Shown: positions 13,856 through 25,759, counted from the first letter of the stretch. The stretch is DNA of 64,000 nucleotides from Octopus vulgaris (GCA_951406725.2 OX597823.1:60388001-60452000); one strand, 5' to 3'. Notes: generated by a model not told the origin, from the sequence alone. Translations and numbers: made by a program.

Positions 13856-14130
13856 TTTTTCCAAGACAGGATTGATGAGCTAGATTTTTCTACTGCTGGA
13901 TGATCTTCCTATTTCCAGCCTTCACTTCTTTTCCATGTAAGGTATGTTTCATTGCACTTGTCCTCATCCATTGAAAACTAAAACTACAGAACTCTTTGCT
14001 TACCAGAGATTGTAAATAAAGTCATCCATTTTCACTCAGATGGTGTTAATGATGACATATTGAACAACATACAAACACACATACACACAGGTAGTCAAAC
14101 ATACACACATATACGTTTTCATCAAGCAGT

Positions 14131-14355
14131 TCATCATCATCATCATAGTTTAACGTCCGCTTTCCATGCTAGCATGGGTTGGACGATTTTGACTCAGGGC
14201 TGGCAAACCAGATGGCTGCACCAGGCTCCAATCTTGATCTGGCAGAGTTTCAACAGTTGGATACCCTTCCTAACGCTAACCACTCTGAGAGTGTAGTGGG
14301 TGCTTTTTACGTGCCACCGGCACGGGGGCCAGTCAGCTGGTATTGGCAACGACCT
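14131..14355 (-). mobile_element. RTE LINE 3' UTR fragment with (GAT)n tail
   Basis: Same 3' end as 44895 and 54278; other copies at 25760, 28640(+), 35750(+), 50625(+). Confidence 0.85.
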
Positions 14356-14521
14356 CTCACAAAATATTTGTCAGCCGAAAGTTACTGTAGAAAGCCCTTG
14401 CTCAAGATGTCACACACTGGGACTAAACCTAGTGATCTTGTGGTTGCAAAGCAACCTTCATAACCACACAACTATGCTTGCAAGCATAAAACAATATTTC
14501 ATTATGCAGTGCCTGCAGAAA

Positions 14522-14852
14522 GGAGGCGCAATGGCCCAGTGGTTAGGGCAGCGGACTCGCGGTCATAGGATCGCGGTTTCGATTCCCAGACCAGGCGTTG
14601 TGAGTGTTTATTGAGCGAAAACACCTAAAAGCTCCACAAGGCTCCGGCAGGGGATGGTGGTGATCCCTACTGTACTCTTTCATCACAACTTTCTCTCACT
14701 CTTACTTCCTGTTTCTGTTGTACCTGTATTTCAAGGGGCCGGCCTTGTCACTCTCTGTGTCACACTGAATATCCCCGAGAACTACGTTAAGGGTGCACGT
14801 GTCTGTGGAGTGCTCAGCCACTTACACGTTAATTTCACGAGCAGGCTGTTCC
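14522..14852 (+). mobile_element. tRNA-derived SINE (family C) with 11-bp target-site duplication (TSD)
   Basis: A box TGGCCCAGTGG, B box GGTTTCGATTCCC; TSD GCCTGCAGAAA at 14511-14521 and 14853-14863. Confidence 0.85.
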
Positions 14853-14863
14853 GCCTGCAGAAA

Positions 14864-15030
14864 TGAGTCAGCTGCATGTATTGAGTGCTACAGATGCTGG
14901 ATCAGTTGTGTCATGGGCTTTCATACAATTCACCTCTAACAATGGGATACGATCTCTCAACACTTCATCTTGTAGGTTAACACTATTCTCTTGGGTAGTG
15001 CAAACTCCACTCGGTGCACCATGGTGTCGA
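14864..15030 (-). pseudogene. Possible mariner transposase N-terminal remnant, interrupted by SINE C
   Basis: Minus strand RHHGAPSGVCTTQENSVNLQDEVLRDR...ISAGTA resembles mariner GRPxxxxTxENxxxVxxxVxxDR...ISxGT. Confidence 0.35.
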
Positions 15031-15589
15031 GTCATCAAAAGAAACGTATTTGAGTTAGTGATATTAGTTAAAGGGAAATCTGTTTTTATTTTTTTTTTTT
15101 TTTTTTATAATTATCTTCTTTTTTTTTTTTTACAATCTTGACAACTACAAAGAATTTTCTATCTGCAAAATTTCTTTGCAGTTGTCTACATTAAAATAAT
15201 TTGATTTAATAGGAAAAGAAAAAAAAAAATTAAGTTTCAGTCAATAAAATAATTTGCTATGTCTGAAATGTTGGAACAGTAAATTTCAAAGGTAACTTTA
15301 ATTTAATATTGGGAAATATTATTGCTGTTGTTCTGGAGACGGCGGGCACCAGATAACAGTGAGACACAATATGGAGACAGAGAAGAACAACAAAAACAAG
15401 ACAAAAAGAAAATACAAAAAAAATCATGAAATTGCTAAAAAAAAAATTTTGGAAAAAAAAAGTATAAAGCAGCTAAGTTGTAAAGATTTTAACAAGTTTT
15501 CTATTGAAGCAAAGCGATTAAATGGTTAAGGTTCTGGTCAATCAATTCATAGATCAAGGTTTCAAATCTACAGTAGGATGTAGTTGAAT

Positions 15590-15689
15590 TGCTATTCTAT
15601 ATTTTTGAGATGAGGAATTATATACATTATTTACAATGGACGGAGAGACGTCCTCATTTTGCTTGTTGTTAACAATAAACAAGATGGAG
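15590..15689 (-). mobile_element. PLE-like terminal-repeat fragment ending in a snap-back hairpin
   Basis: Homologous to 49963-50047; hairpin CTCATTTTGCTTGTTGTT/AACAATAAACAAGATGGAG. Confidence 0.6.
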
Positions 15690-15921
15690 ACACCTAACCA
15701 CCCATTGTAAATAAGGTGGCGAGCTGGCAGAAATGTTAGCATGCTGGGCAAAGTACTTAGCACTATTTTGTCTGTCTTTACGTTCTGAGTTCAAATTCCC
15801 ACGAGGTCGACTTTGCATGGTGACTGTTAGTCTTCCATTAACAACCTTGCTCAAATTTGTGCCTCCAAGGGGAACTTTCTGGGTGCAATTCCATGGTCAT
15901 TCATGACTAAAGAGGTCTTTG

Positions 15922-16061
<140 letters not shown>

Positions 16062-16158
16062 TATTAATTAGAGACAAAACCACTATTATGCAAATCAAAC
16101 AAAGAAAGACTTAAGACAATACATAAAAAAATTTATATAAATTAAATATAATTAAAAT

Positions 16159-16212
16159 AACCACTACGATCGTTTCGTGTCAGCACTTCTATGAGACATT
16201 CTTCAGGTGGTT
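16159..16212 (-). ncRNA. Minimal type I hammerhead ribozyme
   Basis: Minus strand AACCAC|CTGAAGA|ATGTC...GACAC|GAAA|CGATCG|TA|GTGGTT. 6-bp stem I; A-C mismatch at the first stem II pair. Confidence 0.8.
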
Positions 16213-16388
16213 TCAAAACCTAAAATATAATCAATATTTTTAAGATATAAATAATCTATATAATCTAAATAAAAATTTACATATATATATATGTACATTC
16301 TGTTGTGTCTGGGGAGAGTCATTTTCTTTTTGTGCCTTATAATGTTACACACTCACCGGTAAAATTTCCACTTATTATTTTTATTTTC

Positions 16389-16424
16389 CTAAAATTTTCG
16401 TTGCATCTTGCAACTTTTCAATAG
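16389..16424 (-). ncRNA. Minimal hammerhead ribozyme, U3-A8 core variant
   Basis: Minus strand CTA|TTGAAAA|GTTGCA AGA TGCAAC|GAAA|AT|TT|TAG. Perfect 6-bp stem II, 3-bp stem I. Confidence 0.65.
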
Positions 16425-16960
16425 TCTTGACTCTGTCCATTATTTACACTGCGTTCCCTTTTGTTTGTTTGTGTGCATGTGTGCGGGTCAGTGTGCATGT
16501 GTGTGCCTATACATGCATGCATGTATATATGTATGTATGAGTGTGTTTGCATGTCTATGTATATATGTGTATGTATGCATATGTGTATCTGTATGTATGT
16601 GTGTGCATCTGTATGTACGTATCCTGCATATTTATGTGCTTGCATGTCCGTGTTTGTGTATTTTCTATATGTGTGCGTGAGCATGTGTTTGTATATGTAT
16701 GCAACTCTGTCTCCTTGTGTGTGTGTGTGTGTATGTCTGTCTGTGTGTGTGTGTGTGTTATGCAAATATGTAACATGTTTGTATGTATGGATGTGCATCT
16801 TTATATGTGTGGATCCGTGTTTCCATATGTGTCTGTTCTTGTAACATATGTACCTATCCATCTGTATGTTGATGTGATAATTTTCATATCTATATGCTTA
16901 CATACAGAAAAAAAGTATGTATGTGTGTGAGTTTGAGTGTGTGTGTATGCACCTTTTTTT

Positions 16961-17310
16961 CAGGAAGTCTCATCCTCGGAACTTTCCGGGAAGTCTGATC
17001 CTCGGAACATTCCATGAAGTCTCTCATCCTCAGAACTTTCCAGGAATCCCTAGGAATTTTCTAGGAAATCTCATCCTTGGAATTTTCCAGTAAATCCTCG
17101 GATTTTTCTAGGAAATCTCATTATCCGAATTTTCCAGGAAGTTTCAACCTCGGAACTTTCCAGGAAGTCGCTCTTCCTCGGAACTTTCCAGGAAGTCCCC
17201 GGAATTTTCCGGGACCTCTCATCTTCAGAACTTTCCGGGAATCCTTGGAACTTTTCAGGAATTCCTCAGTATTTTCCAGGAAGTCTCATCCTTGGAACTT
17301 TCCAGGAAAT
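16961..17310 (+). repeat. Tandem array, unit about 20-28 bp (CTCATCCTCGGAACTTTCCAGGAAGT); left arm of an inverted repeat
   Basis: More than 12 degenerate units; 17078-17205 is the reverse complement of 19217-19343. Confidence 0.85.
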
Positions 17311-17321
17311 CGTCCCTCTGT

Positions 17322-17555
17322 AAGGCGGTGAGCTGGCAGAAACGTTAGCACGCCGAGTGAAATGCGTAGCCGTATTTCGTCTGCCATTACGTTCTGAGTT
17401 CAAATTCCGCCGAGGTCGACTTTGCCTTTCATCCTTTCGGGGTCGATTAAATAAGTACCAGTTACACACTGGGGTCGATACAATCGACTTAATCCGTTTG
17501 TCTGTCCTTGTTTGTCCTCTCCGTGTTTAGCCCCTTGTGGGTAGTAAAGAAATAA
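17322..17555 (+). mobile_element. SINE family B, well-preserved copy
   Basis: ggcggtgagctggcagaaacgttagc...gagttcaaattccgccgaggtcgac. Confidence 0.85.
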
Positions 17556-17559
17556 ATAT

Positions 17560-18225
17560 CGTTAAGAGTTCATCCAATGAGTTTTTGGAGGGATTTTTTA
17601 ATATTTCAGTCGTCTCTTTTATATTCCTTTTAATTTAGATTTTTTTGCAGTAACAGGTTGACCCTTACCGTATAAGGAGTTCTCCAACTTTTCCTGTGAT
17701 ACCAAGATTTCTTAAATTATGACAGATGATTCCATAATCAGTCTTGTCAAACGCCTTAACAATATCAAGGTATTAACAGTCAACGATCTTTTCCTTTAAG
17801 AGATTATTAGAGGTAGTGTTATGATGCTGTAAGAATTGTGACAGGCAACTTCGTTCAGTCCGAAACCTATACCGAGTGTCAGCTAAGTTGTTTTCCTCCA
17901 GGTATGTTAATACTTTTTGTCTTTGGACAAGGCATTGGATAATTTTAGATGTGTAAGACGTGAGAGAAACAGGTCTGTAATTTTTAGCTTCAGCACTGCT
18001 ACCTCCTTTGTACCTATATAGGTATTATTATAGCTTCTTTCAATAGTCTCGGGAATATGGCGGTATCTGGCGACTTTTGAAATAGTACATTTAATGATTT
18101 CATGAGGCGGTTTTTGCACGTTTTTTAGCAATATAACTGGAATACTATCTGGTACAGATGCTGAGTTTGAGTCTAAATCATTAATAGCCGCAAGTATATC
18201 AACTTCCATGATATTAATTTTAAGT
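17560..18225 (-). pseudogene. CR1/L2/Jockey-group LINE reverse transcriptase (RT) fragment
   Basis: Minus strand NSASVPDSIPVILLK, RYRFRTERSCLSQFL and YLDIVKAFDKTDYGII, with frameshifts. Confidence 0.8.
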
Positions 18226-18925
18226 TGTGGGATCAAAGAATTCGCTTGGATTATGCATGGGGCTGCGATACGGATTATGCACGGGGCTGCGATACGGACA
18301 GGGAATGCGGCCTTCCGCCTGTTGAAACGAAAGTGTCGGGGATAGAGTTTGCGATCATGCTCACGAAGACCTCTATCCGGCACAGGGGTGAAAATCTCCG
18401 CAAATGGTAGGTTTACATGTCCGTTGAAGATGTTGAAAGCCGGATGAGATCTCCCTGCGTTCTCCATCGTTCGAGTGAAGGCAATGCCAGCCGTTCGAGA
18501 TGTTCCTCTTACGCAAGCTTAGACAAGCCCGCGCCCATTTGGGTGACCAAGTGCTGAACCCGTTCCAGATGCTGAATGTCTTTCTGGAGATATGGGTTTG
18601 AGGTATGGATGCAATATTCGAGGATGGGTCGAACTAGAGTGACGCATACAGGCCGAAAGACGCCCATTGGAAGGTTGGCAAAGGATGAGGAAAAGATTCC
18701 TTCTGGCTTTGTTTGAAGTCACCAATGGATGAATCTCGAATGCTCGAAGTTTGCGCATGAGAAGTTGGTGATTAATGAAGTCAAACGCCTTTGTGAAGTC
18801 CAAAAATACCACGCCCACCAAGTCTTTTTCATCCATGGTCCTTGTAATCCATACTTCAAGAAGGAGAAGATTTGTTAGGCAAGATCTTCAGGGTAGAAAT
18901 CCATGCTGCGAGTAGGATATATCTT
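18226..18925 (-). pseudogene. Second, internally deleted CR1-like ORF2 fragment
   Basis: VVFLDFTKAFDFINHQLLMRKL joined to C-terminal LREHDRKLYPRHFRFNRRKAAF; 24-bp tandem duplication near 18250-18297. Confidence 0.8.
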
Positions 18926-18959
18926 TGTACCATAAACAGATAATTGTATAATGCTTTGG

Positions 18960-19190
18960 TTGGCAATAGCTGTGGGAATGACCTGAACATGTGAATAAAG
19001 ACAAAGTCGAGTATGTTATTTTCCCCTAATTGGACAGGTAATGATTTGTTGTATGGGAAAGTCTTTTGTTGTATTGAGGAAAGCGTTCATATCTCTCCAA
19101 TTCAGTTGGTTGCTTAGTTCCAGGCTGGATATAATCCTCGGACCAGCTAAGAATAGTAAAATTAAAGACCCCTGTGAAAAGCATATTAAC
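18960..19190 (-). pseudogene. LINE AP-endonuclease C-terminal remnant
   Basis: QQIITCPIRG/NNILDFVFI matches the QxxxxPTRGxNILDLVF motif. Confidence 0.6.
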
Positions 19191-19343
19191 CTGCCGAGGA
19201 TGAGAGACTTAATGTGAAGTTCGGAGGACTTCCTGGAAAGTTCCAAGGATAACACTTCCTGGAAAGTTCCGAGGATAAGATTTCCTGGAAAATTCGAATA
19301 ATGAGATTTCCTAGAAAAATCCGAGGACTTACTGGAAAATTCC
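19190..19343 (-). repeat. Right arm of the inverted tandem-repeat array
   Basis: Reverse complement of 17078-17230. Confidence 0.85.
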
Positions 19344-19830
19344 AGCTAGGGTTAGACTTATGAGCGCAAAAAAAGCACCTCTGAAGTGATCTTCATAGTT
19401 AACCGCATCAGGATGATGGTAGGTAATGCTTTTAATATCATTTCTTTTTAATATAGATTAGTCTGAGATTGTTGAATATATTTATTCCCAAATTAGGTAA
19501 TTTCGGGGCTGGTCTGCAATCATTTATAGTTAAATGTTTCCTTTCAAAATCTTTTTTTTCATTTTTTTCATTTTTTTTATTAAACTGGACTAGTATTTCG
19601 AATGAGCAATAAATATCAAAGCATTTAACAATGAGCATTAAATATCAAAGATAAAAATAAATCATTTTGTTCCCTTGTCAAACTTAGCAGTTTGGCAAAA
19701 CAGACTGATAGAATCAGTGCTAGACTTACAAAGAATAAGTCTTGGGGGTTGATTTGCTCGACTAAAGGCGGTACTTCAGCATGGCCACAGTCACATGACT
19801 GAAACAAGTAAAAGAGTAAAGAGTAATATA

Positions 19831-20060
19831 CAGTGTTGGCCAAAAGTCACCTGACAGTAAATGAAAACCATTTAATTCCAAGATATAATTATGTTTAACA
19901 ACTGAATGAATTTGATAAAAGCATCTAAATATGAAACATGAAAATTGTTCAAACTGAACTCCTTCTTGAGTGACAGATTTTTCCATTCAAGTCAATACAG
20001 AATTACAGATAGTATTTATGGAATTTTAATTTACTGTTGGGTAACTTTTGGCCAACCCTG
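19831..20060. mobile_element. Tc1/mariner-type MITE
   Basis: Terminal inverted repeats (TIRs) CAGTGTTGGCCAAAAGTCACCTGACAGTAAAT / CAGGGTTGGCCAAAAGTTACCCAACAGTAAAT; TA on both flanks. Confidence 0.85.
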
Positions 20061-20453
20061 TATGTAATGAAGACAGCAAGCTGGTAGAATCACCACCATG
20101 TCAGACAAAATGCTTAGCAGCATTTCTTCTGACTTTATGTTTTGAGGTGGAACATAACCAGGGTTGAATTTGCCTGTCATTCTTTCAGAGCCAATAAAAC
20201 AGACACCAGTTGAGCACTGGAGTTGTTGAAATAGACTTGCCCACCTTTTCTGAATTTGCTAGCCTTGTGCCAAAATTTGAAACCAATATTTGCAATGCTT
20301 TAAAAAAAATAATTTGCCCACTTACCTGAGTTCTTTTAGCTTCTGAAATCATGATATTAGTGATTAGGACACCTGGGATTATTATAAGAGTTCCACATGT
20401 CTGAAGTTGGTAACAGGAAACTATACTTGTGTATTCATCTGAAGATAATCTTG

Positions 20454-20855
20454 CAGGAGTGGCTGTGTGGTAAGTAGCTTGCTTACGAACCACATGGTTC
20501 CAGGTTAAGTCCAACTGTGTGGCACCTTGGGCAAGTGTCTTCTACTATAGCCTTGGGCCAACCAAAGCCTTGTGAGTGGATTTGGTAGACGGAAACTGAA
20601 AGAAGCCTATCGTATATATATGTATATGTATGTATGTGTATATGTTTATGTCTCTGTATTTGTCCCCCCAATATCACTTGACAACCGATGGTGGTGTGTT
20701 TACATCCCTGTAACTTAGCGGTTCAGCAAAAGAGACCAATAGAATAAGTACTAGGCTTCGAAAGAATAAGTCCTGGGGTCAATTTGCTTGACTAACAGCG
20801 GTGCTCCAGCATGGCCACAGTCAAATGATTGAAACAAGTAAAAGGGTAAAAGTGT
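20454..20855 (+). mobile_element. SINE family A, full length
   Basis: Matches 4915-5312. Confidence 0.9.
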
Positions 20856-21179
20856 ATATACAGAACTTTCAAAATTGACCACATTGAGCTATTTTTAGGA
20901 AATGTTTAGATCAGGTGTTCATAATTTGGGGCGTGCTTAATTTCTGTGGAATATGGGAACCCCTAGTTCTATCAATTGTGTCATTTCTAAAAGTAAATTC
21001 TAAAACCCTTGGGGTTTTCTTACCTGTTCTGTACCTGGTTATCTATATCTTTTATCATTTATCTTTCATTTGTTCCAGTCATAAGACTGCAGTCATGCTG
21101 AGGCACCACCTTGAAGAATTTTTAGTCAAATGAATTGAACTCAGTACTTCTTTTTTTAAACCTGGTACTTATTCTATCC

Positions 21180-21289
21180 TGCAATGGACTGGTGTCCCGT
21201 CCAGCTGGAGGGAACGCATACACCATAGAAACTGGGAAACTGGGCCTATGAGCCTGGCTAGGCTTGAAAAGGGAGCATAAAGAAAACAA
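21180..21289 (+). mobile_element. 5'-truncated SINE-like insert with 14-bp TSD, inside another SINE
   Basis: TACTTATTCTATCC at 21166-21179 and 21290-21303. Confidence 0.7.
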
Positions 21290-21589
21290 TACTTATTCTA
21301 TCCAGTTCTTTTGCTGAACTTCTATGTTATTGGGATGTAAACAAACCATCACCAATTGTCAAGATAAAACCAAATAATTTAATATTTTTTGAAACCATGC
21401 TAGCACCTAAGACTGACTATCAAGATGTTTTCAGCAATCTGGTAAAGGGACTGGTGGGGGCATATATTGGGCAACTTTGGGTGGTTGAGGGTTTAAGAAA
21501 GGTTAAGTTGACCTCAGCGAGCTTTGAGCATTTGAATTCAAGGACAAAGTCAAATGCTTCAATGAATTTATCTCAGCAATTATATAAGC

Positions 21590-22030
21590 AGAGGCATGGC
21601 TCTATGTGTTTAAGTAGTTTGCTTCTGAACCACATGGCTTTGGGTTCAGTTCCACTGTATGGTACCTTGTCTTTTACTATAGACCTGAGCCAACCAAACT
21701 TTCTGATTGGATCTGGCTGTCAGAAACCAAAACAAATCTGGTAATATATATGCATAGATTTGTGCATGAGTGTGTGTTTCTGTTTGTGTGTGTGTGTGTG
21801 TGTGTGTTAACATCACATGATAATTGTAAAACATGTGTCACCATTATATAAGAAATGTCATTCATTTCTAATCTTCCAGGAAAATATGTCTGATCATGGG
21901 GAAGTATTAAATACCTTGGAAACAAGAGAATGTTAGCAACAGGAAGAGCATTCAACTGTAGAAAATCTTACCTCAATGAATTCCACCTGACTCATACAAG
22001 CACAGAAAAGTGGACATTAAATTATTGATG
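21590..22030 (+). mobile_element. SINE with family-A-like head and RTE-like tail
   Basis: Head resembles 4915; the 3' end ggaagagcattcaactgtagaaa...gtggacattaaa(GAT)n resembles the RTE 3' end. Confidence 0.65.
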
Positions 22031-22031
22031 A

Positions 22032-22065
<34 letters not shown>

Positions 22066-22111
22066 GGTAGTGATGATGATAATGATGACGATGATGATGA
22101 TAATGATGATA

Positions 22112-22142
<31 letters not shown>

Positions 22143-22156
22143 CGATGATGTTGACA

Positions 22157-22193
<37 letters not shown>

Positions 22194-22223
22194 CAATGAT
22201 GATGACAACGATGATGATGATGA
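22026..22223. repeat. (GAT)n/(GGT)n microsatellite
   Basis: Direct reading. Confidence 0.95.
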
Positions 22224-23907
22224 TTACAGTAGTTCATATAGTTATACTCTTGGAGCCTCAACAAGGTTGCTCAAACAGCTAGAAAAATCAGCCACATCTT
22301 TCCCAAATCACACCACATCATATGAAAATAAAATGAAGGACACACTAATATTAATGTATTCCTAGATACACCTCACCCGACCAAAGGAAAAAAGAAAATA
22401 CGTAGAATGTATATGGAATGGTTACTGCTTGAATATCTTTGATCATTGGTCTGCTTCATTAGGGTTGACCCGAAGCTGAACAACAAACAACAACAAAAAC
22501 CACATGAGATTTTACGCATAATAATCAAGAGAGAAGGTGTTTTTTTGTTTGTTTTCTTTTTTTTACAAACCTGTTTACTCTTCATTTGATAGACTGAGGC
22601 CTGTAGGAGTAGAGTTTAGTTAACCTTGTAATTCCGTCACACAAAGTACATAACAAACATGCATGTGCAACTGATTATAATATATTTTAAAGTGTTTGGG
22701 GCAATATTTTTTTAGTTTCATTTTCATCTTAATTAGAAAGTCTTCATGTTACTATTTTGTCTGTGTACAGCACTGTTGCAAAATAAATAAAAACAAAAAG
22801 ATGAAATAAAATAAAATAAAATGGAATTATGTCTGTAGCTATAGGCTACCATATAAATTTGGATATTCTAGAAAAATAATTATGATACTTCTATATTTTC
22901 AATTTTTGAGAAAATATGAAAAATTGTTATTTCTATTTTCAAATTCCATTCGAATTACAAAAAAAATTTTTCTTATGAACAGAAATGAGAAATTCAAGTA
23001 CTTTCCATATTTCAAAAAACAAAAATGCAAAAACAACAAAAAGACAGGAAAAAATCCTTAGTTATTCTGATTTGAAATTTCCAGATTGATAAAAACTGAA
23101 AAATGTTCTTAAATCTTAATTTCTGTTATTAAACTTTGAATATGAATTGAAATTAAGTATTTTAAAAAATATTTTCTTAATATAATGATTGGAAGCAGTG
23201 AGTAATGCATTTGAATACTTTTAAAATAGCATTATTTTTACCTAAAAAAAAAAAAAGACTTTTATCAAAAGGCAGTTGGAATGAAAATGCAGAAAATATA
23301 ATAGAAAGGAAAAAAGATTTAGAAATAAAAGAAAATTTCTGTAATTAAACTATCAACAGAATTCTGCTGTGAGCATATTGCATCGATGTTTTTTAATGCA
23401 GCCCAGAGAGCAGTCAAAAATATGCACTCAGTTGATTTTTCATTTTAGTGGAATATTATTTATGCCATACATATTTCAACTCTGAGATTTGTAAGTTTCT
23501 TAATGGGCATATCAGCTGATTTCAGAATGCTAGCAACCGTTCTCGTTTTTTCAGCTAACATGAGGTAGCCAATAATTAGTTTACTTCTGAAATATTGACT
23601 TTAAATTTTGGCACAAGGCCAGTAATTTCAGGGGATGGGGCTAAGTCAATTACATCCACCCCAGCATTCAACTGTTACTTATTTCATGGAGTCTAAAAGA
23701 ATGAAAGGCAAAGTCAAACTCAGTGGAATTTCAACTCAGAACGTAAAGACAGATGAAATGCCGAGAAGCATTTTGCTCCACATGCAAATGATTCTGCCAG
23801 CTCTGTCACTACTTTTGGAATATTGGCAGACAGTCTGTCAACCACTTCCATGATTTTTAACTAATTTTCATGCATTGCTCTCTCACTTGATAATAATAGT
23901 AGTAGTA

Positions 23908-23995
<88 letters not shown>

Positions 23996-24020
23996 TGATG
24001 ATGATGATGATGATGATGAT

Positions 24021-24071
<51 letters not shown>

Positions 24072-24551
24072 CAGATATCATTGTAAAAGATCAGACAAAA
24101 AGGATGTGTTTATTAATTGACATGAGTATTCCCTGTGATCTCAATATAGCGGCGAAAGAATATGACAAGTTTAGTAAATATAAAGACCTGCTAATGGAAA
24201 TTGAAAAAATGTGGCATCTCAAGGCGACTACAGTACCAGTGATTGCAGGATCTCTAGGAATGATAAAAAAAGGCAATGAAACCTATTTGAAAATGATTCC
24301 AGGATTACCATCCCTACAGGAAGTGCAAAAAATCGTATTAACTGGAACGGCTCATGTACTGAGAAGAGCACTATCGCTGTGAAAATAACTTCCATCCATG
24401 AATTTATTTATTTATTAATTTTTAAATACATATTTTATCTGTGAATTTGCGCATGTAATCTGGGAATGCATACAATGAGCTTCTCTGCCCTAGATGTATG
24501 GAAAACACTTGGCAAGAAACGGAAGAAAATTTGAAGACAGAAGGAAAAAAC
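24072..24551 (+). mobile_element. R4/Dong-clade LINE 3' fragment in (TAA)n
   Basis: ORF 24104-24382 CLLIDMSIPCD...KYKDLLMEIEKMW...PVIAGSLG; (AAT)n on both sides. Confidence 0.85.
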
Positions 24552-24769
24552 ATAATAATAATAATAATTAATTAAATAATTAATTATTTGACATGAGTAT
24601 TCCTTGTGATCACTGACTCCAGTACTTAACTGGTGCTTAATTTATCAACCCTGAAGTCGACCTCAGTAGAATTTGAACTCAGAATGTAGTAACTGGCGAA
24701 ATATCGCTAAGCATTTCATCAAGCATACTAACAATTCTGCCAGCTAACCACCTTTATAATAATAATAAC

Positions 24770-25345
24770 TAGATATTATACAACACACACAAATAAAAGA
24801 GAAGATAAGAAAGGAATACTATAGATGAGTTAGGTTAATACTGAAAACAGAACTCAATGCAAAAAACAAGGTAATAGGTATCAACACTTTAGCTGTCCCA
24901 GTTATAAGTTACATCTACAATATTCTTAACTGTACTCTAAATGAACTAATTAAAATATACAAGAAAGCAAGAAAAATAAGGACAAGATTTAGAATGCTCC
25001 ACCCAAAATCTGACATAGAAAGGTTATATATACAATATATCAAAGGCAATAGAGGTCTTATGCAGGTAGAAAACTATTACAAAATAACCACAATAGGATT
25101 ACAGAAATAATTACTTCAAAAGAAAAACTAGTACAAATAACCACAAAACTCGAATAAAACAGAATGCTGTTTTCTGTCTTTAAGGAAGCTGATAAATACA
25201 AAAAGGAAGTCATAGTACCTAACAACTATGAAGATAAAGAAGAAACAACAAAAGCTGTAAAACTAAACTGGAACAGCAATGTATTATAATAAAATGGGGG
25301 CAAGAAAAGCCGCTATGTGGCAAATATTGGATTAAGCTAAACAAA
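24770..25345 (+). pseudogene. R4/Dong-clade RT/thumb remnant
   Basis: IRKEYYR*VRLILKTELNAKNKVIGINTLAVPVISY...LHPKSDIERLY...GNRGLMQVE. Confidence 0.75.
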
Positions 25346-25434
25346 AAAGAGATAACAATTGCAGCGTGGAAGGTGTTTATAAGCCATTTAAGAAACACAA
25401 AAACTGTTAGATTCACTTCAACATTTAAATTTAA

Positions 25435-25485
25435 TTTGTCAAAATATTTTCGTCACTTTGAGACCGAGACCTGTTCACTGACAAA
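25435..25485 (-). ncRNA. Minimal hammerhead ribozyme, G3-C8 core variant
   Basis: Minus strand TTTGTCA|GTGAACA|G|GTCTC...GTGAC|GAAA|ATAT|TT|TGACAAA. Perfect 7-bp stem I, compensated core, palindromic stem III. Confidence 0.7.
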
Positions 25486-25758
25486 ACGCCATGCTGCATC
25501 TCTGCATCTCTGTGATGCATTTCTCGTGAATGGAGGTTCATGAGGCGGTTGTGATCTGTAAACAGTTTTGAGTAAAAACTGGGAAATGACATACGAACAC
25601 ACAGTGAATATGTGCACATTGGATTCATGAAACAAAAGAGAAGAATAAAAACGCAATGGTCTGCATGTCACGTCTGACAACACTATCATGCAGCTTTGCT
25701 GCAATTTCCTTGTTGCAAATATGAACTCAAGACCAATGAACTATTTAGCTAAATTCAC

Positions 25759-25759
<1 letters not shown>

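Noticed and set aside
14522-14595. tRNA-like sequence
   Set aside because: No acceptor stem, and it continues into a SINE body with a TSD, so it is a SINE head rather than a tRNA gene
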